DNA of 64,000 nt. It comes from an uncultured Thermotogae bacterium. Its GTDB lineage: Bacteria; Bipolaricaulota; Bipolaricaulia; UBA7950; UBA9294. The position numbers were made by a program, and so were the translations under genes. Below, piece by piece: positions 17,640 to 27,601 of the stretch (its first letter is position 1; every line of letters starts with the position of its first letter). The DNA is taken from assembly GCA_964570515.1 (NCBI GenBank), contig CAZMYM010000004.1, positions 15,937-79,936 on the forward strand, read 5' to 3'. Under the pieces are notes generated by a model that saw only the letters and a program-made list of their open reading frames with translations, was not told where the DNA came from and did not search any database.

Positions 17640-18557
17640 TTGATACGCACCGAGGAACTCACGCGTGCGTTCGGAAGGCGGCTGGCCGTCGATCGGCTTT
17701 CGCTCGAGATTGGCGAGGGCGAAATCGTCGGCCTCCTCGGCCCGAACGGAGCGGGGAAGACGACGACCCTACGGATGATCGCCGGGATCATCGCGCCCTC
17801 GTCCGGTCACGTTGACGTCGCCGGGATCGATCCGGCGGCGGAGCCGGCACGAGTGCACGAGTCGATCGGTCTGCTCACTGAGTCGCCCGGTTTCTACGAT
17901 CGGATGTCCGCGGAGCGGAATCTGGCCTACTTCGCGTGCTTCTATCGCGCCCTCGATGTGCGTCGCGCCGTGGACGCGGCGCTCAACCTCGTCGGGCTCG
18001 CCGATCGCGGTCGCGACCGCGTGGGCACCTTCTCCAAGGGGATGAAGCAACGATTGGCCCTCGCGCGGGCGCTTGTCCACGAGCCGAGGATCCTTCTGCT
18101 CGACGAGCCGACGGCCGCGCTCGACCCGGAGGCGGCGAAGGGTCTGCGAACGCTGATTCTGCAGTTCAAGGCCGAAGGCCGCGCGGTGCTTCTCTCCACC
18201 CACAATTTGTCCGAAGCGGAGGAGTTGAGCGACCGGATTGCAGTCCTTCGCACGAGACTGCTTGCGCTGGATTCGCCGCGGACGCTTCGGGAAGCGGGGA
18301 AGGCTCGCCTCGTTCGTGTGAAGGCCGAAGCTTGGGACGGAGATCTGATCCGCCGAATCGAGAACGAATCCTACGTCCTCAGCGTCACGCAAGAGGGCGG
18401 CGAAGTGGCTCGGTTTCGTCTCGAGGATCCGACCGATGACCGGCCGCGCCTCGTCGCGTTTCTGGTTCAGCATGGAGTGGAGATCCTGGAGGTTGCAGAG
18501 GAGACGCGGACGCTTGAAGACGTCTATCTCGATCTCGTACGGGACGTGGATCCATGA
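17640..18557 (+). CDS. ABC transporter ATP-binding protein
   Basis: Walker A GPNGAGKTT, signature FSKGMKQRL, Walker B LLLDEP. TTG start. Confidence 0.9.
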   Translation: MIRTEELTRAFGRRLAVDRLSLEIGEGEIVGLLGPNGAGKTTTLRMIAGIIAPSSGHVDVAGIDPAAEPARVHESIGLLTESPGFYDRMSAERNLAYFACFYRALDVRRAVDAALNLVGLADRGRDRVGTFSKGMKQRLALARALVHEPRILLLDEPTAALDPEAAKGLRTLILQFKAEGRAVLLSTHNLSEAEELSDRIAVLRTRLLALDSPRTLREAGKARLVRVKAEAWDGDLIRRIENESYVLSVTQEGGEVARFRLEDPTDDRPRLVAFLVQHGVEILEVAEETRTLEDVYLDLVRDVDP

Positions 18558-19327
18558 TCCGACGGATTCGCAACATTCTCTTCAAAGAGTGGATCGGGAT
18601 GGCGACGACGCCGTCCAGTCTGTTGTTTGCCGTCGTGATTCCGCTTCTTCTCGTCGGACAGGCGACCTTTCTGTCGTGGATTCTCCCGCGATTCCTTTCG
18701 CCCGGAGCGCTGGGGCTTGCGCTGCCCGGCACCGACTGGCTGACGGAAGCGGAGCGGTTCCGCGTGCTCATCCTGTCGCAGTTCCGTTTCTTCGTGCTCC
18801 TGATTCCGGCGATGATCGCGAACGTCTTTGCGACGCTCTCGATCGTCGAGGAGAAGGTGACGCGGACGCTGGAGCCGCTTCTGGCGACGCCGGTTCGGAC
18901 GTGGGAACTCCTGGTCGGAAAGACGCTCTCCGGAGCGATCCCGGCGTTTCTCATTGCATGGGCGAGCTCAGGTCTGTTAGTGCTTATCGCCTCCATGCTC
19001 GGCTGGGGACCGCTCCTGGAGCACGTCGTGACGACTTCGTGGTATCTGTCGTTGTTTCTGTTGACGCCGACGATCTCGATCATGAGCTTCGTTCTCGGGG
19101 TGATCGGCTCGTCGCGGGCGAGCGACGCCAAGAGCGCACAGAGCCTCTCGGTGCTCGTGGTTCTTCCGATCTTCGCGCTGATCGCGGTGCAGGTGACGGG
19201 GCTCGTGTGGTTCACGCCGTTTCTGACGTGGCTTGTCGCCCTCGGTCTGGCGGTGGCCGATGTCCTGCTTCTGGGGGTGGCGGCACGCTTGTTCGCGCGC
19301 GAATCGATCGTGACCCGATGGCGGTAG
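18554..19327 (+). CDS. ABC-2 type transporter permease
   Basis: 4-nt overlap with the ATPase gene; multi-TM hydrophobic profile. Confidence 0.75.
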   Translation: MIRRIRNILFKEWIGMATTPSSLLFAVVIPLLLVGQATFLSWILPRFLSPGALGLALPGTDWLTEAERFRVLILSQFRFFVLLIPAMIANVFATLSIVEEKVTRTLEPLLATPVRTWELLVGKTLSGAIPAFLIAWASSGLLVLIASMLGWGPLLEHVVTTSWYLSLFLLTPTISIMSFVLGVIGSSRASDAKSAQSLSVLVVLPIFALIAVQVTGLVWFTPFLTWLVALGLAVADVLLLGVAARLFARESIVTRWR

Positions 19328-19391
19328 TTGCCCGGTGGTCGACGCGTTCCAGAGTGAGTAGCATTCGCGGGATCTGATTCGGGGCGGTGCG

Positions 19392-20564
19392 ATGAGAGAC
19401 TTGTTCCGCAAGAACCGGCGCTTGTTCATCTTCCTTGTCGTTGCCAACTTCCTGCTGCAGTTCGGTCACCGCATCTGGCAGGCGACGTTCAACAACTTCG
19501 TCGTTGAGCGGATCGGCATCGGACCGGACGCTGTCGGGTGGATCCAGAGTGTGCGGGAGATCCCGGGCCTCCTCGCAATCGGCCTCGCGGTGCTTGCGCT
19601 CATCTTCTCCGAGCTGCGCATTGTCGCTGCGAGCATCGTGCTGCTCGGTGTGGGGATCTTGCTGACTGGACAGGCGACGACGGTCCCAATGCTTCTCGTG
19701 GCGACAGTGGTGATGAGTATCGGGTTCCACTTCTTCGGCCCGGCGAGCAATGGCGCGCTGATGATGAGCGTGGACAAGCCGGATGGGCCACGGGCGCTCG
19801 GCTGGATGAGGACGATTGCCGCGGCCGCAGGCGTGCTTGGCACCGTGGTCATTCTGTTGCTGGTCGAGCGCATCGGCTACCAAGCGCTCTTTCTCACCGT
19901 CGGTGCGGTCGTGATCGCGGGAGGCCTGATCCTGTTCCCTCTCGGGTCAGGAGGACACAACCTGCCGCCTCGCCGCAAGGCGAAGTTCCGGAGGCGCTAC
20001 TGGGTCTTCTACGTCCTCGCTTTCCTCGCAGGCAGTCGCCGGCACATCCTGACGACGTTCGCTCCGTTTCTCTTGGTCAGGGACTTCCACGTGGCGGTGC
20101 AAGTCATGTCGATCCTGTATCTCGCAAACTCCCTGATCAACATGTACGCGCACCAGAGGATCGGCAAGGCGATCGCGCGGTTCGGGGAGCGCTGGATCCT
20201 CTCGGTCGCCTACATTGCGCTGATCCCGGTGTTCCTTGGGTACGCGCTGGTACCGTATCTGCCGATCCTGTTTGGCCTGTTCGCGCTCGACAGTGTTCTG
20301 TTCAGCTTCAATGCAGGGCTGACGACGTACATCCACAAGATTGCGGTCTCTCCGGAAGAGCTGACGAGCAACCTCGCGGCGCAAGAGGCGATCGGTCACA
20401 TCGCGGCGGTGTTCATGCCTGCCTTCGGTGGGATTCTGTGGGTGACTCTCGGCTCGCGGGCGCCGTTCCTCATCGGTGTGGGAATTGCGGTCGTCTCTCT
20501 TGCGATGGCCCAGTTCGTCAGAGTGCCCCGTGACGTCGCGCGCAGCGGATCTGCGGTCACGTGA
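19392..20564 (+). CDS. MFS transporter
   Basis: About 12 hydrophobic segments over 390 aa. Confidence 0.7.
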   Translation: MRDLFRKNRRLFIFLVVANFLLQFGHRIWQATFNNFVVERIGIGPDAVGWIQSVREIPGLLAIGLAVLALIFSELRIVAASIVLLGVGILLTGQATTVPMLLVATVVMSIGFHFFGPASNGALMMSVDKPDGPRALGWMRTIAAAAGVLGTVVILLLVERIGYQALFLTVGAVVIAGGLILFPLGSGGHNLPPRRKAKFRRRYWVFYVLAFLAGSRRHILTTFAPFLLVRDFHVAVQVMSILYLANSLINMYAHQRIGKAIARFGERWILSVAYIALIPVFLGYALVPYLPILFGLFALDSVLFSFNAGLTTYIHKIAVSPEELTSNLAAQEAIGHIAAVFMPAFGGILWVTLGSRAPFLIGVGIAVVSLAMAQFVRVPRDVARSGSAVT

Positions 20565-20608
20565 GCGGGGTGCGGGTATGATTCACGGGAAGGAGATCTA
20601 GTCGACAC

Positions 20609-21568
20609 ATGGACGACATCAGCATCAAACCTTTTACGGTGAGCGGGGCGATCGGTCCCGAGGATACCACGGGGCGGACGGCCGGTTCGTTCATCGGAGA
20701 CGTTCTTGCCGAGAACGGAATCGAGCTGCACGACAAGGACGTTCTCGCGCTGAGTTCGAAGGTTGTGTCGTTCTTCGAAGGGGGCCTCCTCCGGCTGAAG
20801 GACGTGCACGCCTCGCGGAAGGCGCGTCTCCTCGGACGCGTTTTCGGCAAAGATCCTCGGAAACTCCAAGTCCTCATGGAGACGGGCAGGGTCCTCGCCG
20901 TCGTGCCGCTCAAGAGGATTCTTAGAATTCCCAGCATGAGACGAATGATGATCGAACGATCGGCGAATCCCGCCGCGATGCTCGAGGGATACAGCAAGAT
21001 CAACAACTACACGTTCGTCGTTCGAGCTCATGCGGCATACCTTGATGAGGCCGGGATCGACCACACGAATTCGCCTGAGGGTTACATCTCCGTGCTTCCG
21101 CCCGACCCGTGCGCGACGGCGGCCAAGATCCGCGCCGAGCTGATGAAGCGATTTGGGCAGGACGTCGCAGTGATCATCACCGACACGGTGACGTGCGTTG
21201 GGCGGTTGGGCTCTCAGGACGTCGCGATCGGCTTCGCGGGAATCGATCCGACTACCAGGGAAACCTTCAGTGATGACCTGTTCGGCGTGCCGAGATCCGG
21301 CGGGATCGACGTGGTCATCGACTCGATCGCCGGACTGGCCGGGCTGGTAATGGGACAGACGATCGAGCGGACGCCGGGCGTCCTCGTCCGCGGCCTGAGC
21401 TACGAGCCTGAGAGAGAGGAAGACGCCGGTCGCGGGATGGGAATCCTCGGCTATCCTCGCGGAGCGCTGTGGCGGATGATCGTCGCCGGCGTTGTGGCGA
21501 CGGCGTGGTTCCGCATCGCGAATCTGCTGACGTTCCAGCGCTGGCCGAAGCGCTCGCGGTCAATCTAG
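20609..21568 (+). CDS. Coenzyme F420-0:L-glutamate ligase (CofE/FbiB N-domain)-like protein with C-terminal TM tail
   Basis: DKDVLALSSKVVS, AGIDHTNSPEG, VIITDT and VAIGFAGI motifs resemble the F420 gamma-glutamyl ligase family. Confidence 0.55.
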   Translation: MDDISIKPFTVSGAIGPEDTTGRTAGSFIGDVLAENGIELHDKDVLALSSKVVSFFEGGLLRLKDVHASRKARLLGRVFGKDPRKLQVLMETGRVLAVVPLKRILRIPSMRRMMIERSANPAAMLEGYSKINNYTFVVRAHAAYLDEAGIDHTNSPEGYISVLPPDPCATAAKIRAELMKRFGQDVAVIITDTVTCVGRLGSQDVAIGFAGIDPTTRETFSDDLFGVPRSGGIDVVIDSIAGLAGLVMGQTIERTPGVLVRGLSYEPEREEDAGRGMGILGYPRGALWRMIVAGVVATAWFRIANLLTFQRWPKRSRSI

Positions 21569-23046
21569 CTGAGAGAGAGCGCGTCGTTCGGAGAGCCGAA
21601 GACGTCTTCGAACCGGTCCGGTCGACGCCACACTTCGATCTTGTCATTGCTTCGAATCGCGACCTTCGCCGGACGCGGGAAGCCGCAGCTGTGGGAGGCA
21701 AAGTGATCGGCGCCGTAGGCTCCGGTGTGATAGAGGACGAATCGCTCTCCACGGATCGGTATCCGGTTCAATGGCACCTTGGCCTTGCTGATCATGTCGC
21801 CGGAGAAGCAGAGGCGGCCGGCGAGGAACGCCTCGGCGGTCCGATCGTCTTTCCGGAGCGGTAAGACGGCGGCGGGGAACACGTCCGGGCTGATCAGATT
21901 CGTGCCGTGGTTGTTGATCCCCAGATCGAGAGAAACCACGCTGTGACCGAGCACGTCTTTCACGCCCATCACCTGGGTCAGGGTTATGCCGGCGGTCGCC
22001 ATCAGCGCGCGTCCGGGCTCGGCGATCACGGTCGGCGATCCCAGATCCGCGAGGCGGTCGACCGTCGTTCGTCCGTCTGCGAATCGGTGTCGAAACAGGT
22101 GCTCAAGCATCAGACTCGCCGGACATGCAGTCCAGTAGGATTTACCGATCCAGTCCGGCTCTGCGACATCGGAGGTGCGGACGTGCGCGTAGCCCATCGG
22201 CTGGTCGTTCCACGTGACAGCGTCCGGGGCCTCCGCACCCCCGCGGAGACGGGCGAGAAGCCTCTCCCGGAACCGCTCCCAGGGTTCCTTGGAGAGAAAA
22301 CGCACGGGGAACCCGCCTCCGACATCGATGATCTCGACGCTGAGGCCGGCCCGGTGGGCCGCGTCGGCGAGGTCGAACAGGTGGACGAGCAAACGCTCGT
22401 AGCCTGCGGGATCGGCGATCTGAGTTCCGATGTGCGCCGAGACTCCACGAAAATGGAGTGCGGGCGTCCTGCGGAGTCGACGAAAGAGCTCATCGGCCTC
22501 GTCGAGGTGGAAGCCGAACTTCGTCCAGTCGGAGGCGGTCGTCTGATCTTCGGACGTGAGGCCGGAGAGAGGCATCCCGCGGAAGCGGACGAGCACCTCG
22601 GGAGGACGGCTGCGCATGTCTGCGAGAGCCTCCAATCTTGCGAGTTCGTCGTCGTTGTCGACCGCGACGACCGCGCCGGCGTCGACGGCATCACCAAGAT
22701 AGACGTCCGATTTCGCGTTGCCGTTGCACGTGATCCGGCCCGGTTCGATCCCCTCTTCCAGTGCAGCGCGAAGCTCGAATTCGGACGCGACGTCGGCACC
22801 GAGTCCGAGTGTTCTTGCCGCACGGATCGCGCCGCGGCAGGGGTTGGACTTGACTGCGAAGGCGACGATCGTGTTTGGGTAGTGATCTCGCGCGTTGCCG
22901 AGAAAGGCGCGCGCGTTGACGGCCATCTCGTCGACGAAGAAAACGTGGATGGGAAGGCCGAATTGCTTCACGACGCGATCGATCGAGGACCCGTGGCGGG
23001 TCATCAATCCGTCGAGGCGGCAGGTCGTGCTTTCGCTCTTCGCCAT
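21565..23046 (-). CDS. Type III PLP-dependent decarboxylase (Orn/DAP/Arg decarboxylase family)
   Basis: AVKSNP PLP-lysine motif, IDVGGGFPV, and a C-terminal beta-barrel region. AAGGAG RBS. Confidence 0.7.
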   Translation of the reverse strand: MAKSESTTCRLDGLMTRHGSSIDRVVKQFGLPIHVFFVDEMAVNARAFLGNARDHYPNTIVAFAVKSNPCRGAIRAARTLGLGADVASEFELRAALEEGIEPGRITCNGNAKSDVYLGDAVDAGAVVAVDNDDELARLEALADMRSRPPEVLVRFRGMPLSGLTSEDQTTASDWTKFGFHLDEADELFRRLRRTPALHFRGVSAHIGTQIADPAGYERLLVHLFDLADAAHRAGLSVEIIDVGGGFPVRFLSKEPWERFRERLLARLRGGAEAPDAVTWNDQPMGYAHVRTSDVAEPDWIGKSYWTACPASLMLEHLFRHRFADGRTTVDRLADLGSPTVIAEPGRALMATAGITLTQVMGVKDVLGHSVVSLDLGINNHGTNLISPDVFPAAVLPLRKDDRTAEAFLAGRLCFSGDMISKAKVPLNRIPIRGERFVLYHTGAYGADHFASHSCGFPRPAKVAIRSNDKIEVWRRPDRFEDVFGSPNDALSLS

Positions 23047-23404
23047 CTTGCTCCTTGGAATCCGTGCTCCGAATCACGGCATGGTACGAGAATGCGCCCT
23101 CCCTGTCAGCTCATTCGGGGATCGGAGCGTGTGAGCTTTGGCTCAGACAGATGTCCGTGACGCAGCTCACAGAGCCGATGCGTGGATCCCGTCTCCCGCC
23201 AACGCAGCAAGCGACGATCGGAAGCCTACTACGCGAGGGAGACGGCTTTGTGCGAGACGATGGGGCGCGCCTTCCCCGGTCGCCACAGGAAGGAGCAGGA
23301 GCCATCGGACGTCGACAGTTGTCCAGGCGGGCGGTTTCTCCAGTGGGGCCTTGTCGGGGATCGGTTGTCGTGCTACGCTGGCGGTAGAATTAAGGAGGTG
23401 GCAA

Positions 23405-23506
23405 ATGCCCATCGTGATCGAGATCACTGCCGGAATGCTTCTCGCCTTCTTCTGGGCGTTCTGGGTGCTCGCGTTTGGGGGCTGGTGGTGCGGCGGCGGC
23501 TGCTAG
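23405..23506 (+). CDS. 33-aa hydrophobic Cys-terminal peptide
   Basis: MPIVIEITAGMLLAFFWAFWVLAFGGWWCGGGC, preceded by a near-perfect SD TTAAGGAGGTGGCAA-ATG. Confidence 0.45.
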   Translation: MPIVIEITAGMLLAFFWAFWVLAFGGWWCGGGC

Positions 23507-23577
23507 GTCGACGCTTCGCGCGAGTGCAGCCCGTACGACACACGAAAGAACGAATACGGATTGCCGCCTTGGGGAGG

Positions 23578-24663
23578 ATGATCCTCGTATCCTCCCTTCT
23601 CCTTTTGCTCGTCTTCGGAGTTGTTCAGGCCCAGGATCGCGAGCGGTTCGCGAGCGAGACGGGACTGGATATCGATCTCGTCAACGTCATTGAGGCGGAC
23701 GTTGGCGGGGCGGAACTGGCTGTCATCTTCGTGTTCATCAACGAGCGGACGTTCGACAGCAAGATTTCGGCGTCTCTTCGCGCCACGCTTCTGCCCTATC
23801 TCGGCCGCAACGCCGTGTACGTGAACCCGAACGTCAAAACGGTCACTTCGCAGTTCCCGTTCGACCCACTCATGATCTCCGTCCAACCCTCAGGGGAAGC
23901 GACGTTTGCACCGCGGCTCGGGGCATGGGTGGAGATCACGCCCGGATTCCTTGGCGGGCGGTTTGAGGTCAATCCGGCGGGATCCTCCCAGGGCTCCGGA
24001 GCCGAGGGGATTCTCGTTTTGGAGGACGCGATCGACCCTGACCAGCCGTTCGACATGATCTACATGGGGCAGCGGACAACGTTCGTGATCTCAGTAACTG
24101 CGCCGTCGGCCGTTGCGCCGATTCCAGGTGCGTACGCGGCAGCCACAGAGTCGCATGCGCCAATTGAGGTCCCGCTTCTCGAGGACGTCGCGACGCTCGA
24201 AGAGATCCTCGGGTTGCCCGACTTCTCGTCGGAATCGATGGCCGCACTGTTCGACCTTGACACCGATGCTGTACGTGCAGCCGAGACCACGTTCTCGAAC
24301 GGCGAGGTTCTGAGGTTCCTCTTCGTCCGACTCGATGAGGGTGTTCGCGACAGCGCGCTCGGCGAGGAACTCATTGCAGCGCTCGATCCGGTCATCGGTA
24401 CCGGTGCCGTGATGGTGTGGGCGTTCTCCCCGACCGGCGTGGGTTTCTCATCGAGAGGTTTCCAGATTCACCAATCGGAGAAGGCCTACGAATTCTGGAG
24501 CTCAGCGTCATTTGTTGAGCTGACGGCCGGCTTCATCCACGTCGAGTATGTCGAGGCGGGTCAGATGGTTGCGGCCGTCATACGCTTGCCGCAGGGCGTG
24601 GAACCTGATGTACCTTTCGTCATTCAGTACGCTTCCACAAGAGTAAGAGTGAGCTTCCCTTGA
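23578..24663 (+). CDS. Secreted hypothetical protein
   Basis: Signal-like MILVSSLLLLLVFGVVQAQD. Good GC3 codon bias. No domain recognised. The start has unusually tight RBS spacing. Confidence 0.5.
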   Translation: MILVSSLLLLLVFGVVQAQDRERFASETGLDIDLVNVIEADVGGAELAVIFVFINERTFDSKISASLRATLLPYLGRNAVYVNPNVKTVTSQFPFDPLMISVQPSGEATFAPRLGAWVEITPGFLGGRFEVNPAGSSQGSGAEGILVLEDAIDPDQPFDMIYMGQRTTFVISVTAPSAVAPIPGAYAAATESHAPIEVPLLEDVATLEEILGLPDFSSESMAALFDLDTDAVRAAETTFSNGEVLRFLFVRLDEGVRDSALGEELIAALDPVIGTGAVMVWAFSPTGVGFSSRGFQIHQSEKAYEFWSSASFVELTAGFIHVEYVEAGQMVAAVIRLPQGVEPDVPFVIQYASTRVRVSFP

Positions 24664-24730
24664 AGCGGCAGGCGCCCTCGGGGCACCCGGCCGATGTCCG
24701 CGGTTGGTGCCCATTCGGAGGGAGCGTAAT

Positions 24731-25291
24731 GTGCGTCTGATCCTCGCTTCGGCCTCCCCTAGACGACGGGAGCTGCTATCGCGGATCACGAGCGAGTTCA
24801 TCGTGGTCCCCAGCCTCGGTGCAGAACCAACCAGCGGCGATCCACGCGAGCGCGTCCTGAAAGGAGCCTGCGCCAAGGCACATGAGGTCTCGATCCACCA
24901 TCAGGGCGTGATCATCGCCGCGGACACGCTCGTCGTCGTCGACGAGGCCGTTCTCGGGAAACCCGAGTCGCGCGACGATGCGAGGCGGATGCTCGAGACG
25001 CTGAGCGGGCGGGAGCACTCCGTACTGACGGGTCTGTGCGTCCTCTCCACGCAGAGCGGAGAGGAGCGATCGGCTGTCGAAGAGACGCTCGTGCGATTGC
25101 GCACGCTTGAGAGCACCGAGATCGAGGCGTACCTGGAGTCCGGCGAGCCCGACGACAAGGCCGGCTCCTATGCGATTCAGGGTCGCGCGGCCCTCTTCGT
25201 CGAGCGGATTTGCGGGGACTACTTCAACGTGATGGGGCTCCCGCTCTACCGACTCGGGTTGCTCTTGCGGGAGGTGGGCGTTCGCGTGTAG
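24731..25291 (+). CDS. maf: Maf-like nucleoside-triphosphate pyrophosphatase
   Basis: VRLILASASPRRRELL, ADTVV, DKAGSYAIQG. GTG start after GGAGGGAG. Confidence 0.85.
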   Translation: MRLILASASPRRRELLSRITSEFIVVPSLGAEPTSGDPRERVLKGACAKAHEVSIHHQGVIIAADTLVVVDEAVLGKPESRDDARRMLETLSGREHSVLTGLCVLSTQSGEERSAVEETLVRLRTLESTEIEAYLESGEPDDKAGSYAIQGRAALFVERICGDYFNVMGLPLYRLGLLLREVGVRV

Positions 25292-25355
25292 CCTCAAGGC
25301 ACACAGGACGAGCGGTTCGATCCACTGTTTTCCAGATGTCGGAAGGAGAACGACG

Positions 25356-26216
25356 ATGGGGGAGAAGCGAAAACACAGCATCCACACGATCCAGAGGATG
25401 AAGACAGACGGCGAGAAGGTCGCCTGGCTGACGGCGTACGACTACCCCACCGCGGCCTTCGCCGAAGCAGCCGGCATGGACATGCTCCTCGTCGGCGATT
25501 CGCTCGGGATGTGCGTGTACGGTTACGAAGGAACGGTCCCGGTGACGATGGATCAGTGCATCGTCCATTGCGAGGCGGTGCGTCGTGGAGCCCCCAACAC
25601 GTTCGTCATGGGGGACATGCCGTTCATGAGCTATCAAGTGAGCGACGAGGATGCGGCGCGAAACGCGGGCCGATTCTTGAAGGAGGCCGGCGTCGATGCG
25701 GTCAAGCTCGAGGGCGGGAAGCGTGTAATCACCCGGATCAAGGCGATCCTCGACGCCGGAATTGTCGTCTGCGGGCACATCGGACTGACACCGCAGAGTT
25801 CGGGTCAGTTGGGCGGCCACAAGGCGCAAGGAAGAACGATCGCGTCCGCGCGCCTGCTGATCGAAGACGCGCTCGCAATTGAAGCGGCCGGAGCGCAGTT
25901 GCTTCTCCTCGAAGCGGTTCCTCCGGAGGTTGCCGGATTCATCGCGCGGAAGCTCTCGATACCGGTTCTGAGCATCGGGGCGGGGGGCGAATGCGACGGG
26001 CAACTGCTGATCGTGTCAGATCTGATCGGCCAATTCCAGGCGTTCACGCCGAAGTTCGTCAAGAAGTACTGCAACGTCGCGGAGGTAGTCACCGAGGCGA
26101 TGCGGGCATACGTCGCCGACGTCAAGGCGGGTCAGTTTCCGGAGGACGAGCACTGCTATCACATGCTCAAGGACGAAGCCGGCGAGTTCGCCGATCTGAT
26201 CAAGGAATTCGAGTAG
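25356..26216 (+). CDS. panB: 3-methyl-2-oxobutanoate hydroxymethyltransferase
   Basis: LTAYDYPTA, LLVGDSLGM, MPFMSYQ, VKLEGG, GHIGLTPQS. Confidence 0.9.
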   Translation: MGEKRKHSIHTIQRMKTDGEKVAWLTAYDYPTAAFAEAAGMDMLLVGDSLGMCVYGYEGTVPVTMDQCIVHCEAVRRGAPNTFVMGDMPFMSYQVSDEDAARNAGRFLKEAGVDAVKLEGGKRVITRIKAILDAGIVVCGHIGLTPQSSGQLGGHKAQGRTIASARLLIEDALAIEAAGAQLLLLEAVPPEVAGFIARKLSIPVLSIGAGGECDGQLLIVSDLIGQFQAFTPKFVKKYCNVAEVVTEAMRAYVADVKAGQFPEDEHCYHMLKDEAGEFADLIKEFE

Positions 26217-26295
26217 TCGTCCGCGATGGATTCGCGCGATTTACAGTGTCCGGGCAAGATGGCGATCGACAACGAACGGTGGCAAGGAGGGCGGG

Positions 26296-27561
26296 ATGAG
26301 TGATCTACGGCAGAGGCTGATGATCGGCGAGGACTCGCTGCGGCAGATCAACGAGCTGCTGCTCGATCCGGGCTCGGAAGTGATCAACGAGCTTCTGAGA
26401 ATCGTGGAGAAGCACGGTGGCCCGGAGCAGATCAACGCCAAGGCGGTCGAGGCGAGGAAGCCGGCGAACCTGCTCGAACGGCTGAAGAAGAGCCAGTCCC
26501 CGTACGTCGCCGACATCGAGTGGCTGACCGGAGAGCGGGATCGTGGCGCGTTCATCTCGATCGCCGATTACCGAAAGAAGGTCCTCGGAGAGCGGGCCGG
26601 CTCAATGACGTTCGATGCGGGACATGCGGTCACGCTCGAGATCAGCGCGCTGCAGTTCTTCCCGTGGTTGATCGCCGAGGCCAAGCAGGCGATTCGTGCC
26701 GGCGAGGTGATGCCCGGACGGTACATCCGCGTCCGCAACATGGCTGAGCAGGTTGAGGATCAGGGCGACACGCTCGCCGTCGCCGCAGCGATGCAGATCG
26801 TCGGCGCAAGCTACGTCGAAACGCTCGACACCAAGGGAACCGACGGCTCGAACATCCACCTCGGGGGACCGGCCACGATCACCGGGTACTTCGGCGGGGT
26901 CGGGCAACCGAACGAGCACGCGCTGCAGTGGGTCGACGAGTTCCTCGGGTACTACACGGAGTACGGAATCCGTCAGGTCCTGAACATCAACCCCGGTACG
27001 GTGCTTCTCGGGTACCTCCTACACAAGCTGGGGATCGACATCGAGTTCAAGATTTCCGTCTACATGGGCAATGACAATCCGTACGCGGCGCTGTGGACGC
27101 TGATCGGGGCGAAGCTGTTCGAGCGCGAGGACGGGACGACGTCGCTCATCGGCTTCAACTGGGCGAACTCGGTCGACAACACGACGATCGAGAAGGGAGC
27201 CGCGATTCGGAAGGCTCTCGGATTCGAGAGCGTCGTTCGCTTCGAGCATCACATCACCGAGACGCAGAAGTCGATCGTCATCCAGCCGTACGACCGAACC
27301 GACGAGCTCGTCGAACTGGCCGATCACGTCGCCAACATCTCCGCGAAGCACGAAGGCGGGAAGCCGGACGTCGACTCCGCGCGCGACCATCCGTCGGACA
27401 TTCTGGAATACTTCCTGCCGAAGGCGGAAATCGAGGCGCAAGGGCTGATGCCGGCGTTGGAAAGGAGCTACCTCGACAAGCACGATGCGCTGAATCGAAC
27501 GGCCGAGGCGCTGACCGAGAAGGGTTTGCCCTTCATCGCGGCCTCGAACCTGCATCGCTGA
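26296..27561 (+). CDS. Conserved-looking hypothetical protein (421 aa), no family recognised
   Basis: AAGGAGGG RBS and strong codon bias. No motif I can name. Confidence 0.55.
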   Translation: MSDLRQRLMIGEDSLRQINELLLDPGSEVINELLRIVEKHGGPEQINAKAVEARKPANLLERLKKSQSPYVADIEWLTGERDRGAFISIADYRKKVLGERAGSMTFDAGHAVTLEISALQFFPWLIAEAKQAIRAGEVMPGRYIRVRNMAEQVEDQGDTLAVAAAMQIVGASYVETLDTKGTDGSNIHLGGPATITGYFGGVGQPNEHALQWVDEFLGYYTEYGIRQVLNINPGTVLLGYLLHKLGIDIEFKISVYMGNDNPYAALWTLIGAKLFEREDGTTSLIGFNWANSVDNTTIEKGAAIRKALGFESVVRFEHHITETQKSIVIQPYDRTDELVELADHVANISAKHEGGKPDVDSARDHPSDILEYFLPKAEIEAQGLMPALERSYLDKHDALNRTAEALTEKGLPFIAASNLHR

Positions 27562-27601
27562 ACCCTCTCGGGAGAGGTGCGTTAGGGGGAGGGCGGCGGC
27601 G

